64,000 bases of DNA from Pedosphaera sp. (GCA_031414955.1 JANOQV010000164.1:14698-78697), one strand, 5' to 3'; positions 22,501 through 31,956 are shown, numbered from the stretch's first letter. Translations and numbers: made by a program. Notes: generated by a model from the sequence alone, not told the origin.

Positions 22501-23684
22501 TGCTTCCGGACCCTGCGGCGGCTTTCACGTCGCGCCACTCGGACACGCAGGCGGGGATGTTTTATGACTTCAGCTACACCGGCAACACACCGGACGGCGC
22601 GGATTACGCGTGGGACTTTGGGCCGGACGCCACGCCCGCCACGTCCACGAATCGCAACCCGGCCGGAATACAATTCACCACGCCGGGACCGAAGCTGGTC
22701 ACGCTGACCGTGCCACGGTTTGGTTGCACAGCCGCCGTCGCTCAATCCGTGGATGCGATATTCATCCCCTTGCTCTGCTCGTCGAACCTCGTCGTGGAGG
22801 CGACCAGTCCGGCCGGGGCGTTGGTCGCGTTCAATGTCAGCACGGCTCCCAGCAATTGTCCCGGCGCGTTGATGGTGGAATGCCTGCCTCCGTCGGGCAC
22901 TGAGTTTCCCATCGGCCACACGGTGGTGAACTGTTCCGCCTCCGACATGTGCGGCACGACCAACAGTTGCAGCTTCGCGGTGGATGTGGTGCGGCCGCCG
23001 GTGCTGTTCAATTGCCCGGGCAACCTTGTTTTATACACCGGTGCCAATCCCACCGGCGCGGTGGCGTTCTACAGTCCCACGGCCAACAGCCGTTGCGAAA
23101 GCAACCTCGTGGTCCAGTGCGCGCCGCCCTCGGGCAGCTTCTTTCCGGTGGGCCTCACGCCGGTGACATGTGTCGCCGCGGATCGTTGCGGCACCAGCAA
23201 CCAGTGTTCTTTCGTGGTTCAGGTGACACCGCAGCCGGGCTTGCACCTCGTCTGCCCGCCGGACCTGCGGGTGGCAACCACCTCGGCCACGGGCACGAAT
23301 GTCTTTTTTCAAGTGGAGGCCACGAGCGATTGCGGCCCCTTCGACTTCTTCGTGGATTGTTATCCGCCCTCCGGCAGCTTTTTCCCCATCGGCCGGACCA
23401 CGGTGGAGTGCTACGGCTACGACTTTGCCTGTGGATTCGAAGCGACGTGCAGCTTCGCGGTGGAGGTCGTGCCGGCCGTGCTCCTCAAGATCGCTCGGGC
23501 CAGCGAAGGTGTGCTGCTCTCCTGGCCTGATCCTTCGACGGGTTTCGCGCTGCAATCCAGCGCGCCGCTCTTGAGCACCAACTGGCTGGAGGTGCTGCTG
23601 CCGATCATCGTCGTGGGCGCGGAGAAGCAAGTGACGGTGCCGGCGACGAACGAGGCGCAATTTTATCGCCTGTTCAAACCGTAG
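19515..23684 (+). CDS. Secreted protein C (1389 aa): Ig-like (Big_5), FG-GAP repeats, SdrD-B-like, DUF11/DUF7619-like, PKD, 3x HYR, FYR tail
   Basis: About seven D(L/F)(D/N)GDG..DL...N repeats; SFDPNDK...YRVRFQNLGTAPA...IYFDVNPPV; YAWDFG; three C.PPSG..FP.G.T.V.C; ends AQFYRLFKP. Start uncertain. Confidence 0.85.
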   Translation: MNPTHASMTTKAPSHGAWAAADGTHPPLVDGSGLRQFFRSSNTPVRARLWSALGLSLVVVVTAMQASAQSPPELEPLIESAGTLPGTRRQLDVRAAAPVAAAVPAGTHVISITPPGQATRQLASTNIVVRFNSPIDPLTVNTNSFLVAGETRGRYAGSFSFAAGNTEITFTPGSAFDRGETVRIDVSCLIKDALGDAIRPWASQFAVGGESNVAEFAQGQTYGAGQKPLSVLAYDLDGDGNLDLVVANTSWQGTGTNKTISVLMGLGDGTFADKVDYVTDTADGPLPLGIAVADLDGDGDGDLVVANRGTANVAVLRNDGTGQFSVPQHFPVQGGPVRVQLGDLDGDGFLDLAATHGGLNGDGEGVSVLFGLGDGTFGTPLHISTGKTHWGLALNDLNGDGRLDLVTAENWEWTCSVFLNLGGRAFAAPAPYPVGATPRDLAVADFNGDGWPDVVTANQNGSSITISTNRLDGTLGGRVDALVNGQPVGVIAADFDGDGRPEIATANHFGGSIYNARSVTVWHNAGGGFDFHKEIFTGGSQPIALVAGDFDNDGDPDLVTANWSGNSVSLLKNAPASMTGLVYVDADGSCTQNGPDELGVGGRLVRVMETPSGVTRYASTRQDGTFAAIVPNGSYRVNLVHNATTTEACNNGLGITYNVVVTNGAPVAGLVFGPSPSCQADVTCASIISWPCPVSSPVPCVHDNDHHRRTLCPCERFQYRVTVRNAGTTTWNSGMIVELRLDPGVMFCGFPTLFSVNNFGCGAVTGLGAFLGAANPLPCSPPGCSASSGQRVRWQVNCAWPAGDQGDFLVDVQVANVPLTTVLTATPFIVGFCGMSPIGGPAFPGTPSVDTVNCSFDPNDKTVAPSGCGPSGNVALGTPLEYRVRFQNLGTAPAYRVLIRDQLDAKLDAETVEILSTSHTLTDFQILPGGQMIWTFDGINLADATSDELGSRGEVRFRIRPKSSAGEGSVILNSAAIYFDVNPPVLTATTTNTLRLLPDPAAAFTSRHSDTQAGMFYDFSYTGNTPDGADYAWDFGPDATPATSTNRNPAGIQFTTPGPKLVTLTVPRFGCTAAVAQSVDAIFIPLLCSSNLVVEATSPAGALVAFNVSTAPSNCPGALMVECLPPSGTEFPIGHTVVNCSASDMCGTTNSCSFAVDVVRPPVLFNCPGNLVLYTGANPTGAVAFYSPTANSRCESNLVVQCAPPSGSFFPVGLTPVTCVAADRCGTSNQCSFVVQVTPQPGLHLVCPPDLRVATTSATGTNVFFQVEATSDCGPFDFFVDCYPPSGSFFPIGRTTVECYGYDFACGFEATCSFAVEVVPAVLLKIARASEGVLLSWPDPSTGFALQSSAPLLSTNWLEVLLPIIVVGAEKQVTVPATNEAQFYRLFKP

Positions 23685-23755
23685 GCCGGACTGCGGAAGA
23701 GGATTTTCTGAAACACAATTTGAGAACCGAAGCAGTTCAAAACCAAAGAGAAGTT

Positions 23756-26700
23756 ATGCAAAAGACATCAGTTGAAATCGGAGCGGCGGCGAGTTCGTCC
23801 GCCGGTGCGTGGTGTAAGTTCCGCTCAACCGTTCTGCACAAGACTCTGCTGGGCGTTCTTTGCCTGGCCACCTTGGGCGTTCAGCCGGGGCAAGCAGGTG
23901 TGCCCAGCATCGAAATCGAGTCGGCGATCCTCACGCATCAGGTCCAGCTCATTCCCGCTTCAGGAAGCGCGGCGGACACTTGCCTGAACGCCGGCGAGCA
24001 AATGTCCCAGGGCCGGGCCAATGCCTTCAGTGACCAGTGGCTGAACGGGCCGCAGATTTACGCCTTATGCCCACCTTGGTTGGGGGATTCCTTGTTGTAT
24101 CCGTCCATTCCACTCACCGCTTTCGCCTATCCGGTCCCGGCCAGCGGGCGCAGCGCCACGATTGTTGTCCCGGTCAATTTTTACCAGGCCGAGGCCGGTT
24201 CGTCGCCGTGGAACCTCTGTTTGCTGCAACCCGCGCCGGTGGATTACGCGGTGGATTCCTCGGTGCGGCTGGCCGGTGGTCGGAAGTATTATTTGTTTGA
24301 TCGTCTGCCCTTCTACACCGGCACACCGCCCTTCGTCGATCGCTTCCCCGCGCTGAACAACCGACTGGTGCAGGAAGTCCCCGGGGTGATGCAGGTTCGT
24401 CTTCTCTGTCCGGAAGTAGGCAATCCGTTGCGCACCATCAGCGCGGTGCGTGTCGCGGCCACGCTCACCACCGGCCCGCAAGCCGGGCAGGTGCAGGCGG
24501 AGATTTCGAGTCTGGCTTCCGGGGCTTCGGTGCTCGACGACGTATTGTTTGTGCGCGGGGGTGAAACCTACGACGTAAGCATTCTCTACACTTCCAACAC
24601 GGACGACTATCTCAACAAGTTCACCTGGGGCTGCGTGCGCAATTCGATCACCGTACCGCCGAACGGACCCAAGTTTCCGGTGGATTGCATCGGCCTGCCG
24701 TGTCTGATTGACACGATTCCTGCCTGCGCCGACGGGAGTTTTTATTATTTCGGCCACATCGTCGGCCAGGCTGATCTGCTGGGCGGCATCATCGAGAACC
24801 CCGGCACCCGCATCGTGGCTGATGGCGGCACCTATGGAAATTACCGCTACGGCTTGCTGAATCCGTATCTGACCGCGAGCGGCGGCGGGCCTTTTCTCCT
24901 CACCAACGTCATGGCGCTGGGCGGACAGAATTACCGCGTTTACGCCAACATGAGTTTTTCCATCTCGGGCCAGACCGAAGATTTCACCACGCCCTGCACC
25001 ACCGCCCATGTCGATCCGTGCCAGACCACGGACATCGGCGACAAGCTCGTCATGAACCCCGGCTACGTGACCGGGAACATTTTGCTCAAGGGCTTCACCG
25101 ACACGGTTAACTGCCCGTGTCTGGACCTGCTCGACCGGCCCGGTTCGCGCGTGAGGGCCAGCGGGCCTTGCACCGGCGCGGCGGCGGTCACCTTCGCCGG
25201 CAGCACCACGGCGGGAACTTTCTCGGGCAGTTACAACATGGCGCTGGCGGGGCTCAAACCGGCGAGCGGATTTCCCGATCAAAGCGTGTGGGATCCGAAC
25301 GTCCTGGCCCTGCATTTCTACGACGCCGGACTCGGCGTGAACAACAACGTCACCATCACCGACAATTTGTTTGCCAACCAGACCATCGTGGCCGGGGCCA
25401 CGATCAACAACGATCACGAGTACTGCTTCTCGTCGGTCACGTTTCGTTTCATCAACTCCAACCCGGCCCGTCCATTCTCGAACCCGACCATTTCGGGCAA
25501 CGGCTCTTTCGGCACAGTCGGCACGCCCGCAATCGATTTTCTCGGCAACCCGGCCGCGTATGGCGTGGTGGTGAGCGGGTCTGGCCCGAGCGTCGCGTTT
25601 CCTGCTTACAACGAGGGTTCGGTGAAGATGTGCCTGCCGCAGGGCACCTACACCGTCACGCCCTCGATGTCGTATCCGGAAGGTGGCGCGACCGCGCCCA
25701 ACGTCACCTTCACCGTGGGCTGCAACGAGAAGCTGATCATCGATGTCCTGGACAGCCCGAGCAACTGCTGTGACCAGTGTGTCGCGCCGTATCCTCTCAG
25801 CTACACGGTGACGGTTCAGCCCGGTTTCAATTTCCTTGTGAACCATCTTTGCCACGGCACGAATCACTTGCTGGACGAAGTCATTCCCACCGTTCCGGAC
25901 GGGACGGTGTTGTACAAGTGGAATCCGGTCACGCAGGGCTTCAGCAGCCCTTCGACCTACTACGTAGGCATCGGCTGGCTCGACTCTGGTTTCAGTCCCT
26001 CCACCGACACGCTGCCCCCGGGTGAGGGCTTCTCCCTGTATAATCCCGGCGCGGCCTTCTCTCTCACCTTCGAAGGTTGCGAACCGACCTGTCCGCCGCC
26101 CTGCCAGCCAACCCCGACGAATGGCTGCTCGCTGGTCGGGCGGATCGGCATCGGCACCGCGACCTACACGAATCTGTACCTGTGCCCGCCACTTTGCGGT
26201 ACCCGGGTCAGCATCTGGAACACGACCAACCAAAACTTCAGCGACTACAATTACGTGGGGGGCACTTGGCTGCCGCCGCTGCCCTTACTGCCGGTCGGCC
26301 ATTCGGCTTTTGTCTGCGTGACCCCGAACACGAATGAACTCGCGGTCATCTGCGCCACCAACAAAACCGTGGAGTGCGGGCAGGACTGGACGTTCAACCC
26401 GCCCACCTTTGGCAGCAACACCTGCTGCGGCAACAACATCGTGATCAATATCGCCGCCACATTGACCAACCTCGGTCCCTGCGTCTCGACCTACACCCGC
26501 ATCTGGCAGATCACCGACTGTTTCACGAACAGCCTTACCTGCACCCAGACGGTCACGGCGGTGGACACCACGCGGCCGGTCATCCACTGCCCGACCAACA
26601 TGTTTGTGTCCGGTGCCAGTGCGACGGGCGCCGTGGTCAACTACACGGTCACGGCCACGGACAACTGTGGCGTGCCCTCGATCCTCTGTGTGCCGCCTTC

Positions 26701-27613
26701 CGGCTCGGTCTTCCCGTGCGGCACCAACACCGTGCTCTGCACCGCCACCGATGCCTGCGGCCTGAGCACCAACTGCTCGTTCCAGGTGGTGGTGGAGTGC
26801 GCGTGCCTGTCGGTCTCCAACGAGCAACTCACCTGTACGAACGGCGTGGCTGGGCAAATGAGTTACTCCTTCAACCTGTTCAACAATACCGGCATCCCGG
26901 TGAAGCGTGTGTTCATCGTGCCAGAAGACGTTTGCTTCACCGCCACGCCCGACATCATCACGCTGAATCCGATGCTGCCGGACGGCCAGAGCCGGAATCT
27001 GGACACGGTCTTCCAAACCAGCGGGCTGTGCCCGACCAACCTCTGCTTCTGGGTGGTGGCGCTCGACTCGAACGGTGTCCAGTGCTGCGCCATCCGGCAT
27101 TGCGTGGACCGCACGGCCGGCCCTCGTCTGGTGTCCGCGGTGCCGGACTGCGTGAGCAACAAGATCACAGTGACATTCAGCGAACCGCTCGATCCGGCCA
27201 CGGTGCTCGCGATCCCGAATTTCATCGTGGACGATATGACACAGTTGAACTCACTGATCTATTCCAGCGTGACGTTCGGCCCTGACCTCAAGACCGTCTG
27301 CATCTTCACCTCCGGCCCGTTGCACGCCGGATCAAACTACCGGCTGACGGTGAACAACGTGCGCGACACCTGCGGCAACCTGATCGCCCCCAATTCGCAG
27401 GTGAACTTCAATTGTCCCGGCTGTGTGTCCGGCCCATCAAGCATGACCATCAAGCTGGTCAGCGGAGAAATCGTCATCACCTGGACCGGCGATGGCCATC
27501 TGGAATGCGCCAGCACGGTGACTGGCCCGTGGTTGCCAGTGCCTGGCGCGACCAGTCCCTACACCACTCCGATCAGCGGGGCGAAACAGTTCTATCGTGT
27601 CGTATGCCCGTAG
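23756..27613 (+). CDS. Secreted Cys-rich protein D (~1285 aa): unknown N-terminal region, GFN..N.L domain, HYR, Cys-rich domain, Ig-like, FYR tail
   Basis: Signal-like LLGVLCLATLGVQPGQA; VDTTRPVIHCP...PPSGSVFPCGTNTVLC; ITVTFSEPLD; ends KQFYRVVCP. Confidence 0.85.
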   Translation: MQKTSVEIGAAASSSAGAWCKFRSTVLHKTLLGVLCLATLGVQPGQAGVPSIEIESAILTHQVQLIPASGSAADTCLNAGEQMSQGRANAFSDQWLNGPQIYALCPPWLGDSLLYPSIPLTAFAYPVPASGRSATIVVPVNFYQAEAGSSPWNLCLLQPAPVDYAVDSSVRLAGGRKYYLFDRLPFYTGTPPFVDRFPALNNRLVQEVPGVMQVRLLCPEVGNPLRTISAVRVAATLTTGPQAGQVQAEISSLASGASVLDDVLFVRGGETYDVSILYTSNTDDYLNKFTWGCVRNSITVPPNGPKFPVDCIGLPCLIDTIPACADGSFYYFGHIVGQADLLGGIIENPGTRIVADGGTYGNYRYGLLNPYLTASGGGPFLLTNVMALGGQNYRVYANMSFSISGQTEDFTTPCTTAHVDPCQTTDIGDKLVMNPGYVTGNILLKGFTDTVNCPCLDLLDRPGSRVRASGPCTGAAAVTFAGSTTAGTFSGSYNMALAGLKPASGFPDQSVWDPNVLALHFYDAGLGVNNNVTITDNLFANQTIVAGATINNDHEYCFSSVTFRFINSNPARPFSNPTISGNGSFGTVGTPAIDFLGNPAAYGVVVSGSGPSVAFPAYNEGSVKMCLPQGTYTVTPSMSYPEGGATAPNVTFTVGCNEKLIIDVLDSPSNCCDQCVAPYPLSYTVTVQPGFNFLVNHLCHGTNHLLDEVIPTVPDGTVLYKWNPVTQGFSSPSTYYVGIGWLDSGFSPSTDTLPPGEGFSLYNPGAAFSLTFEGCEPTCPPPCQPTPTNGCSLVGRIGIGTATYTNLYLCPPLCGTRVSIWNTTNQNFSDYNYVGGTWLPPLPLLPVGHSAFVCVTPNTNELAVICATNKTVECGQDWTFNPPTFGSNTCCGNNIVINIAATLTNLGPCVSTYTRIWQITDCFTNSLTCTQTVTAVDTTRPVIHCPTNMFVSGASATGAVVNYTVTATDNCGVPSILCVPPSGSVFPCGTNTVLCTATDACGLSTNCSFQVVVECACLSVSNEQLTCTNGVAGQMSYSFNLFNNTGIPVKRVFIVPEDVCFTATPDIITLNPMLPDGQSRNLDTVFQTSGLCPTNLCFWVVALDSNGVQCCAIRHCVDRTAGPRLVSAVPDCVSNKITVTFSEPLDPATVLAIPNFIVDDMTQLNSLIYSSVTFGPDLKTVCIFTSGPLHAGSNYRLTVNNVRDTCGNLIAPNSQVNFNCPGCVSGPSSMTIKLVSGEIVITWTGDGHLECASTVTGPWLPVPGATSPYTTPISGAKQFYRVVCP

Positions 27614-27915
27614 GCGAAGAAGCCAATCCGGCTGGCGGTGGCCAGCGATTCGGCCCGGCTCAATTGCTTTTGTGATTCGCCAGCCCGCCGGGAAGGCGGA
27701 AGTGCCCTTCTCGATGGGCTGGTAATCAAGATTTGCCCGGCCGGAACGCTTCAGGCCAGAGCTGCGGTCCACCAACCCGGTGTGGAACGCAGCCGGTCCA
27801 ACCACCGCGCACCGGCGGAAGAATGTTCCACGCTTCAGGCGCATAATTCGTGAGCGGCGGTGACTCCTGAAGTCTCCTCCGGAGCAAAAAGGCATTTCGG
27901 GTGATTTCCCACCAC

Positions 27916-28983
27916 ATGAAACTTGTTCCCGCCCCTCGCAGTGCTACCGTCCCGCCCGTGAGCGCATCCGATCAGTCTGAACGCAAGCCTCTCAAGATGG
28001 TGGAATGCGGCGGGTGCAGAGCGAAAATCTTCATCCCGTCCGACCTTCAGCCCTTCGAGAGCATTCCCTGCACGCGTTGTGGGCATCCCGTCTTGATGCC
28101 CATGCAGTTCCGCCAGTTCGAGCTGCGCTCCATCATTGCCTCGGGCGGCATGGGCACGGTGTATCGCGCCTGGGACTTGATGCTGCACCGCGAGGTCGCG
28201 GTGAAGATGCTCAAACGCGAAATGGCCGAGGACGAGGAGGTGCTCCAGAGTTTTTATCGCGAGGCCCGGGCCAGCGCTTCGCTCAACCACACCAACATCA
28301 TCCACATCTATACCTTCGATGAAGCCGAAGGGCAGCCCTACCTGGTGATGGAACTGGCCGATACGGATAGCCTGGACAAACAGATCGAGCGCGAGGGCCG
28401 CGTGCCGGAATTGCGCGTGCTGGACGTGGCCATCAAGATCGCCTCGGCACTCGACACCGCCCTCAAGCGCAACCTGCTCCATCGCGACATCAAGCCCGGC
28501 AACATCCTCTTCAATGCCGACGGCGAGCCAAAGCTGGTCGATTTCGGACTGGCCCGGGACGCCGAGGATGAATCCGCCGACCAATCCGTGATTTGGGGCA
28601 CGCCTTACTACGTGGCTCCGGAGAAAATCCGGCGCGAGCGCGAGAATTTCCACTCGGACATGTATTCGCTCGGCGGCACGCTTTACCATGCCATCACCGG
28701 CCATGTGCCCTTCGAGGCCCCGACGGTGGAGGAAGTCATCTCGGCCCACGTCAACACGCCCCTCACCCCGCCGAACGAAGTGGTGCCCGAAATCACCCCA
28801 GCCACTAGCGAAGCCATCCACATTGCCCTGGCCAAGAATCCGCAGGAACGCTTTCGCACTTACGACGAGTTCATCATGGCCTTCGAGGCGGCGCGCAGCC
28901 AGTTGCTCATGCAACAACTCCAGGCCCAGCAGGAGACCGGAGAGGGCGGCGAGGGCCAGGGCAAAGGTTGGTGGAAGCGCTAG
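27916..28983 (+). CDS. Ser/Thr protein kinase with N-terminal Zn ribbon (soluble)
   Basis: CGGC...CTRC, SGGMGTVY, VAVK, HRDIKPGN, DFG, YVAPE. Start uncertain (27901-27958). Confidence 0.92.
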   Translation: MKLVPAPRSATVPPVSASDQSERKPLKMVECGGCRAKIFIPSDLQPFESIPCTRCGHPVLMPMQFRQFELRSIIASGGMGTVYRAWDLMLHREVAVKMLKREMAEDEEVLQSFYREARASASLNHTNIIHIYTFDEAEGQPYLVMELADTDSLDKQIEREGRVPELRVLDVAIKIASALDTALKRNLLHRDIKPGNILFNADGEPKLVDFGLARDAEDESADQSVIWGTPYYVAPEKIRRERENFHSDMYSLGGTLYHAITGHVPFEAPTVEEVISAHVNTPLTPPNEVVPEITPATSEAIHIALAKNPQERFRTYDEFIMAFEAARSQLLMQQLQAQQETGEGGEGQGKGWWKR

Positions 28984-29118
28984 TCCGTTCAACCCAAGGC
29001 GACTTCCGGCGACCGTGGCGGGACGGCAACCCGAAGGTCGCGGCGGAGAAAACACGAAGTGCCAGCCCGGTCCTATTTAGGATTTGCTTCCCCCTCTGCG
29101 GCGCGACGTAATGCGCCG

Positions 29119-30213
29119 GTGCCGAAACGAAAACCCAGTCCGTTCATCATCCCCAAGACGATGCAGGCCGTGGTCTATCGGGGTGTCGATGACTTGCGGT
29201 TGGAGACCTTGCCTGTCCCGCGCACCGGCCCGCACGAATTACTGGTCCAAGTCGCGGCCTGCGGAGTTTGCCCGACGGACATCAAAAAAATCCACCACGG
29301 CACCGTGCCGCCGCCGCGCGTGTTTGGACACGAGACGGCCGGGACCATTGTCAAAGTCGGCGCGCGGGTGCGCGGCTTCCGGGTGGGCGAGCGCGTGGCC
29401 CTGCACCATCATGTGCCCTGTCTCGACTGCCACGCCTGCCGCCACCGCTCCTTTGCCCAGTGCGCCCAGTATAAACAGACCGGCATCACCGCCGGCTTCG
29501 CGCCGGCCGGTGGCGGCTACGCGGAGTATGTCCGCGTCATGCGCTTCGTGCTGCCCGGGGTGGTGAAGATTCCGCGCGGCAACACCTTTGAAGAAGGCGC
29601 GATGCTGGAACCGGTCAACACGGTGCTCAAGGCCGTCCATCGCCTGGCGCTCTTGCGCGGCGACACGGTGCTGGTCGTCGGGCAGGGACCGATCGGCCTG
29701 TTGTTTACCAAGATTCTCGAACGGCGCGGCGTGCGCGTCATTGCGGCGGACTTGCTGCCCAAACGACTGCCCCTGGCCCGCCGCTTCGGTGCGGCCCAGG
29801 TGTTTTGCGGATCGAACCTGGCCGAGGTTTCGCGGCTGCTGCCCCGCCGTGCCGTCGTGGATGCCGCCATCGTGACGGCTCCCTCGGACGAGGCGGTGCG
29901 CCAGGCCCATGAATTGGTCCGACCGGGAGGAGCCATCATGCTCTTTGCCCATACGAACAAAGGTCGCGAGACAGAGATCGATCTCTCGAAGGTCTGCGCG
30001 GAAGAGAAGGAATTGCTGGGCAGTTACTCGGCCGATTTCACTCTGCAAAAAGAAGTTGCCGCCCTGGTTTTCTCCCGCGCATTGGACATCCGGCCGCTCG
30101 TCACGCACCGCTTCCCGCTCCGGGATACGGCCGAGGCCGTTGCTTTGGCCAGCCGCCCCACGGCGTCATCGCTCAAAGTGATGGTGGTGCGGGCCGCAGC
30201 CGCACCGCCATAG
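29119..30213 (+). CDS. Zinc-dependent alcohol/polyol dehydrogenase (MDR family)
   Basis: CGVCPTD, GHE, CLDCHAC...C, GQGPIG; start could be ATG 29161. Confidence 0.9.
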   Translation: MPKRKPSPFIIPKTMQAVVYRGVDDLRLETLPVPRTGPHELLVQVAACGVCPTDIKKIHHGTVPPPRVFGHETAGTIVKVGARVRGFRVGERVALHHHVPCLDCHACRHRSFAQCAQYKQTGITAGFAPAGGGYAEYVRVMRFVLPGVVKIPRGNTFEEGAMLEPVNTVLKAVHRLALLRGDTVLVVGQGPIGLLFTKILERRGVRVIAADLLPKRLPLARRFGAAQVFCGSNLAEVSRLLPRRAVVDAAIVTAPSDEAVRQAHELVRPGGAIMLFAHTNKGRETEIDLSKVCAEEKELLGSYSADFTLQKEVAALVFSRALDIRPLVTHRFPLRDTAEAVALASRPTASSLKVMVVRAAAAPP

Positions 30214-30243
30214 GCTCAGGGGGAAATCAACGACGGGCCCCGC

Positions 30244-31890
30244 TTACTTCATCTTCTCCAAACAGTGAGTCAGGAAGGGAAGCAACTGCTTCTTGCGCGA
30301 GACGACCCCGGCCAGGCCGTAGATGCCCGGCTCGACTTCGGGATAGTCGATCTCGCGGTGGAAGGCCTCGGAGCCGGCCACCAGCAGCAGGGAAAACTGA
30401 TCCACCACATCGGTGACGAGCAGGGCGGAAAAGAAATGGTTGCGCGTGCGGCGATACTCCTCGAGGGCGCGCAGCACGTCGTCCTTGCGCTTCCAGAACT
30501 GGTCGAAGCCGATCTCCTCGATCTGGGCCACGCTGAAGGTGCGCCCCAATTCCCGGTACTCCTTGCAGTCGTTGGTCACGGCCTGCGCGGCGGGCCGGGA
30601 GACGAGCACCGAGCCGGAGGCGAACAGTTTCTCGGTGAACTCGCGCGCGTTCACTCCGGAGATTTTTTCCAGCCGGGCCAGAATCTGCACGTCGTGGTCG
30701 GTGGTGGTGGGCGAGGTGAGGTTCAAGGTGTCCGAGACCAGCCCGGCCAGCAGCAGCCCGGCGATGGGCTTGGGCAACTCGACGCCATAACGGAAGAATG
30801 ACCCGGCCACGATGGTGCTGGTCGAACCGACCGGCTCGTTGACGAAGAGAATCGGCTGGCGCGTGGTGATGGAGCCGATGCGGTGGTGGTCGAGGATTTC
30901 GAGAATCTCCACCTGATCCGCGCCCGGCACGGCCTGGGAAAGTTCGTTGTGGTCCACGAGGATGAGGCGCCGGTTGACCTTCTTCAGAAAGTCCGACTTG
31001 GAGAGCACGCCGACCATGCGGTGCTGCGCGTCCACCACGGGGAAGGCCTGGAAGTTGGAACCGGCGGCGGTGCGCTCGGCCACGGCCAGCAACTCGTCCT
31101 CGCGCATGGTCACGAACTCTTCGTGAATCATGTGCCGGATGGAGATGGCGGCGCGGCAGAGCATGGCGGTGGTCGCGGTGTCGTGGGGGGAGATGAGCAG
31201 CGTGACGCCCTGCTTGGCCGCGTAATCAACCATGGCCATCGAGACCGGCAGACCGCCGGTGACGATGATACAGCGCACGCCTTCGCGAATGGCGAGGTCC
31301 TGGATGTCCACGCGATTGCCGACCACGACGATGAGTTTGGAGTGGTCGTACTTTTGGAGGCGCTCGGCGAAGGATTCGAGATTCATCGCGCCGATCATCA
31401 GCACAAGATCCTCCTCCTGGTCGGGGTTGACGCTGAAGACAATTTTTGCGCCCACGGTCGCGGCCAGGTTGTTCATCGAGGCCAGCACGCGCCGCGAATC
31501 GAAGAGCCGGCTCGGGGTGGGGAAGAAGAACTTGGTCATCTTCATCACCGAGACGAGACCCTTGCACACGCCTTCCTCCAGCACCGGCAGCACGCGGATG
31601 TTGTGTTCATCCATCACGCCGAGCGCCACCGCCACGGTGGCGTGGAGAGGCACGCTGACGACTTGGGACACCATCACGTCGCGCACCTTGGGCGAAACGT
31701 CGGCCACGAACTTGGGCGCCGGCACGCCGAAGGTCTCGAGCACGAAGTCGATGCGCTCGTTGGTGTCGCCGCAGCGCGCGGCAATGGCCCCGGGCAGGCC
31801 GGTGCGGCGTTTGAACTCCGCGTAACCGATGGCGGAGCAGATGGCGTCCGTGTCGGGATTGCGATGACCGATGACTAATACTTCACTCAT
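30244..31890 (-). CDS. ppaC: Mn-dependent (family II) inorganic pyrophosphatase with CBS-DRTGG-CBS insert
   Basis: GHRNPDTDAICS, LVDHNE, DHH, GSTSTI, SDT, VSRKKQ; central CBS/DRTGG region (IIVTGG). Start MSEVLVIGH. Confidence 0.92.
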   Translation of the reverse strand: MSEVLVIGHRNPDTDAICSAIGYAEFKRRTGLPGAIAARCGDTNERIDFVLETFGVPAPKFVADVSPKVRDVMVSQVVSVPLHATVAVALGVMDEHNIRVLPVLEEGVCKGLVSVMKMTKFFFPTPSRLFDSRRVLASMNNLAATVGAKIVFSVNPDQEEDLVLMIGAMNLESFAERLQKYDHSKLIVVVGNRVDIQDLAIREGVRCIIVTGGLPVSMAMVDYAAKQGVTLLISPHDTATTAMLCRAAISIRHMIHEEFVTMREDELLAVAERTAAGSNFQAFPVVDAQHRMVGVLSKSDFLKKVNRRLILVDHNELSQAVPGADQVEILEILDHHRIGSITTRQPILFVNEPVGSTSTIVAGSFFRYGVELPKPIAGLLLAGLVSDTLNLTSPTTTDHDVQILARLEKISGVNAREFTEKLFASGSVLVSRPAAQAVTNDCKEYRELGRTFSVAQIEEIGFDQFWKRKDDVLRALEEYRRTRNHFFSALLVTDVVDQFSLLLVAGSEAFHREIDYPEVEPGIYGLAGVVSRKKQLLPFLTHCLEKMK

Positions 31891-31956
31891 GTGGCGGGCG
31901 GGAAAGTAGAAGGAGCGCGGGGGAAGCGGCAAGGAAAGTCGTGCTGGGCCGCCCAT

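Noticed and set aside
8469..27100. Long minus-strand ORFs (532-722 aa) opposite the kinase and secreted-protein genes
   Set aside because: Expected stop-poor antisense frames in high-GC coding DNA.
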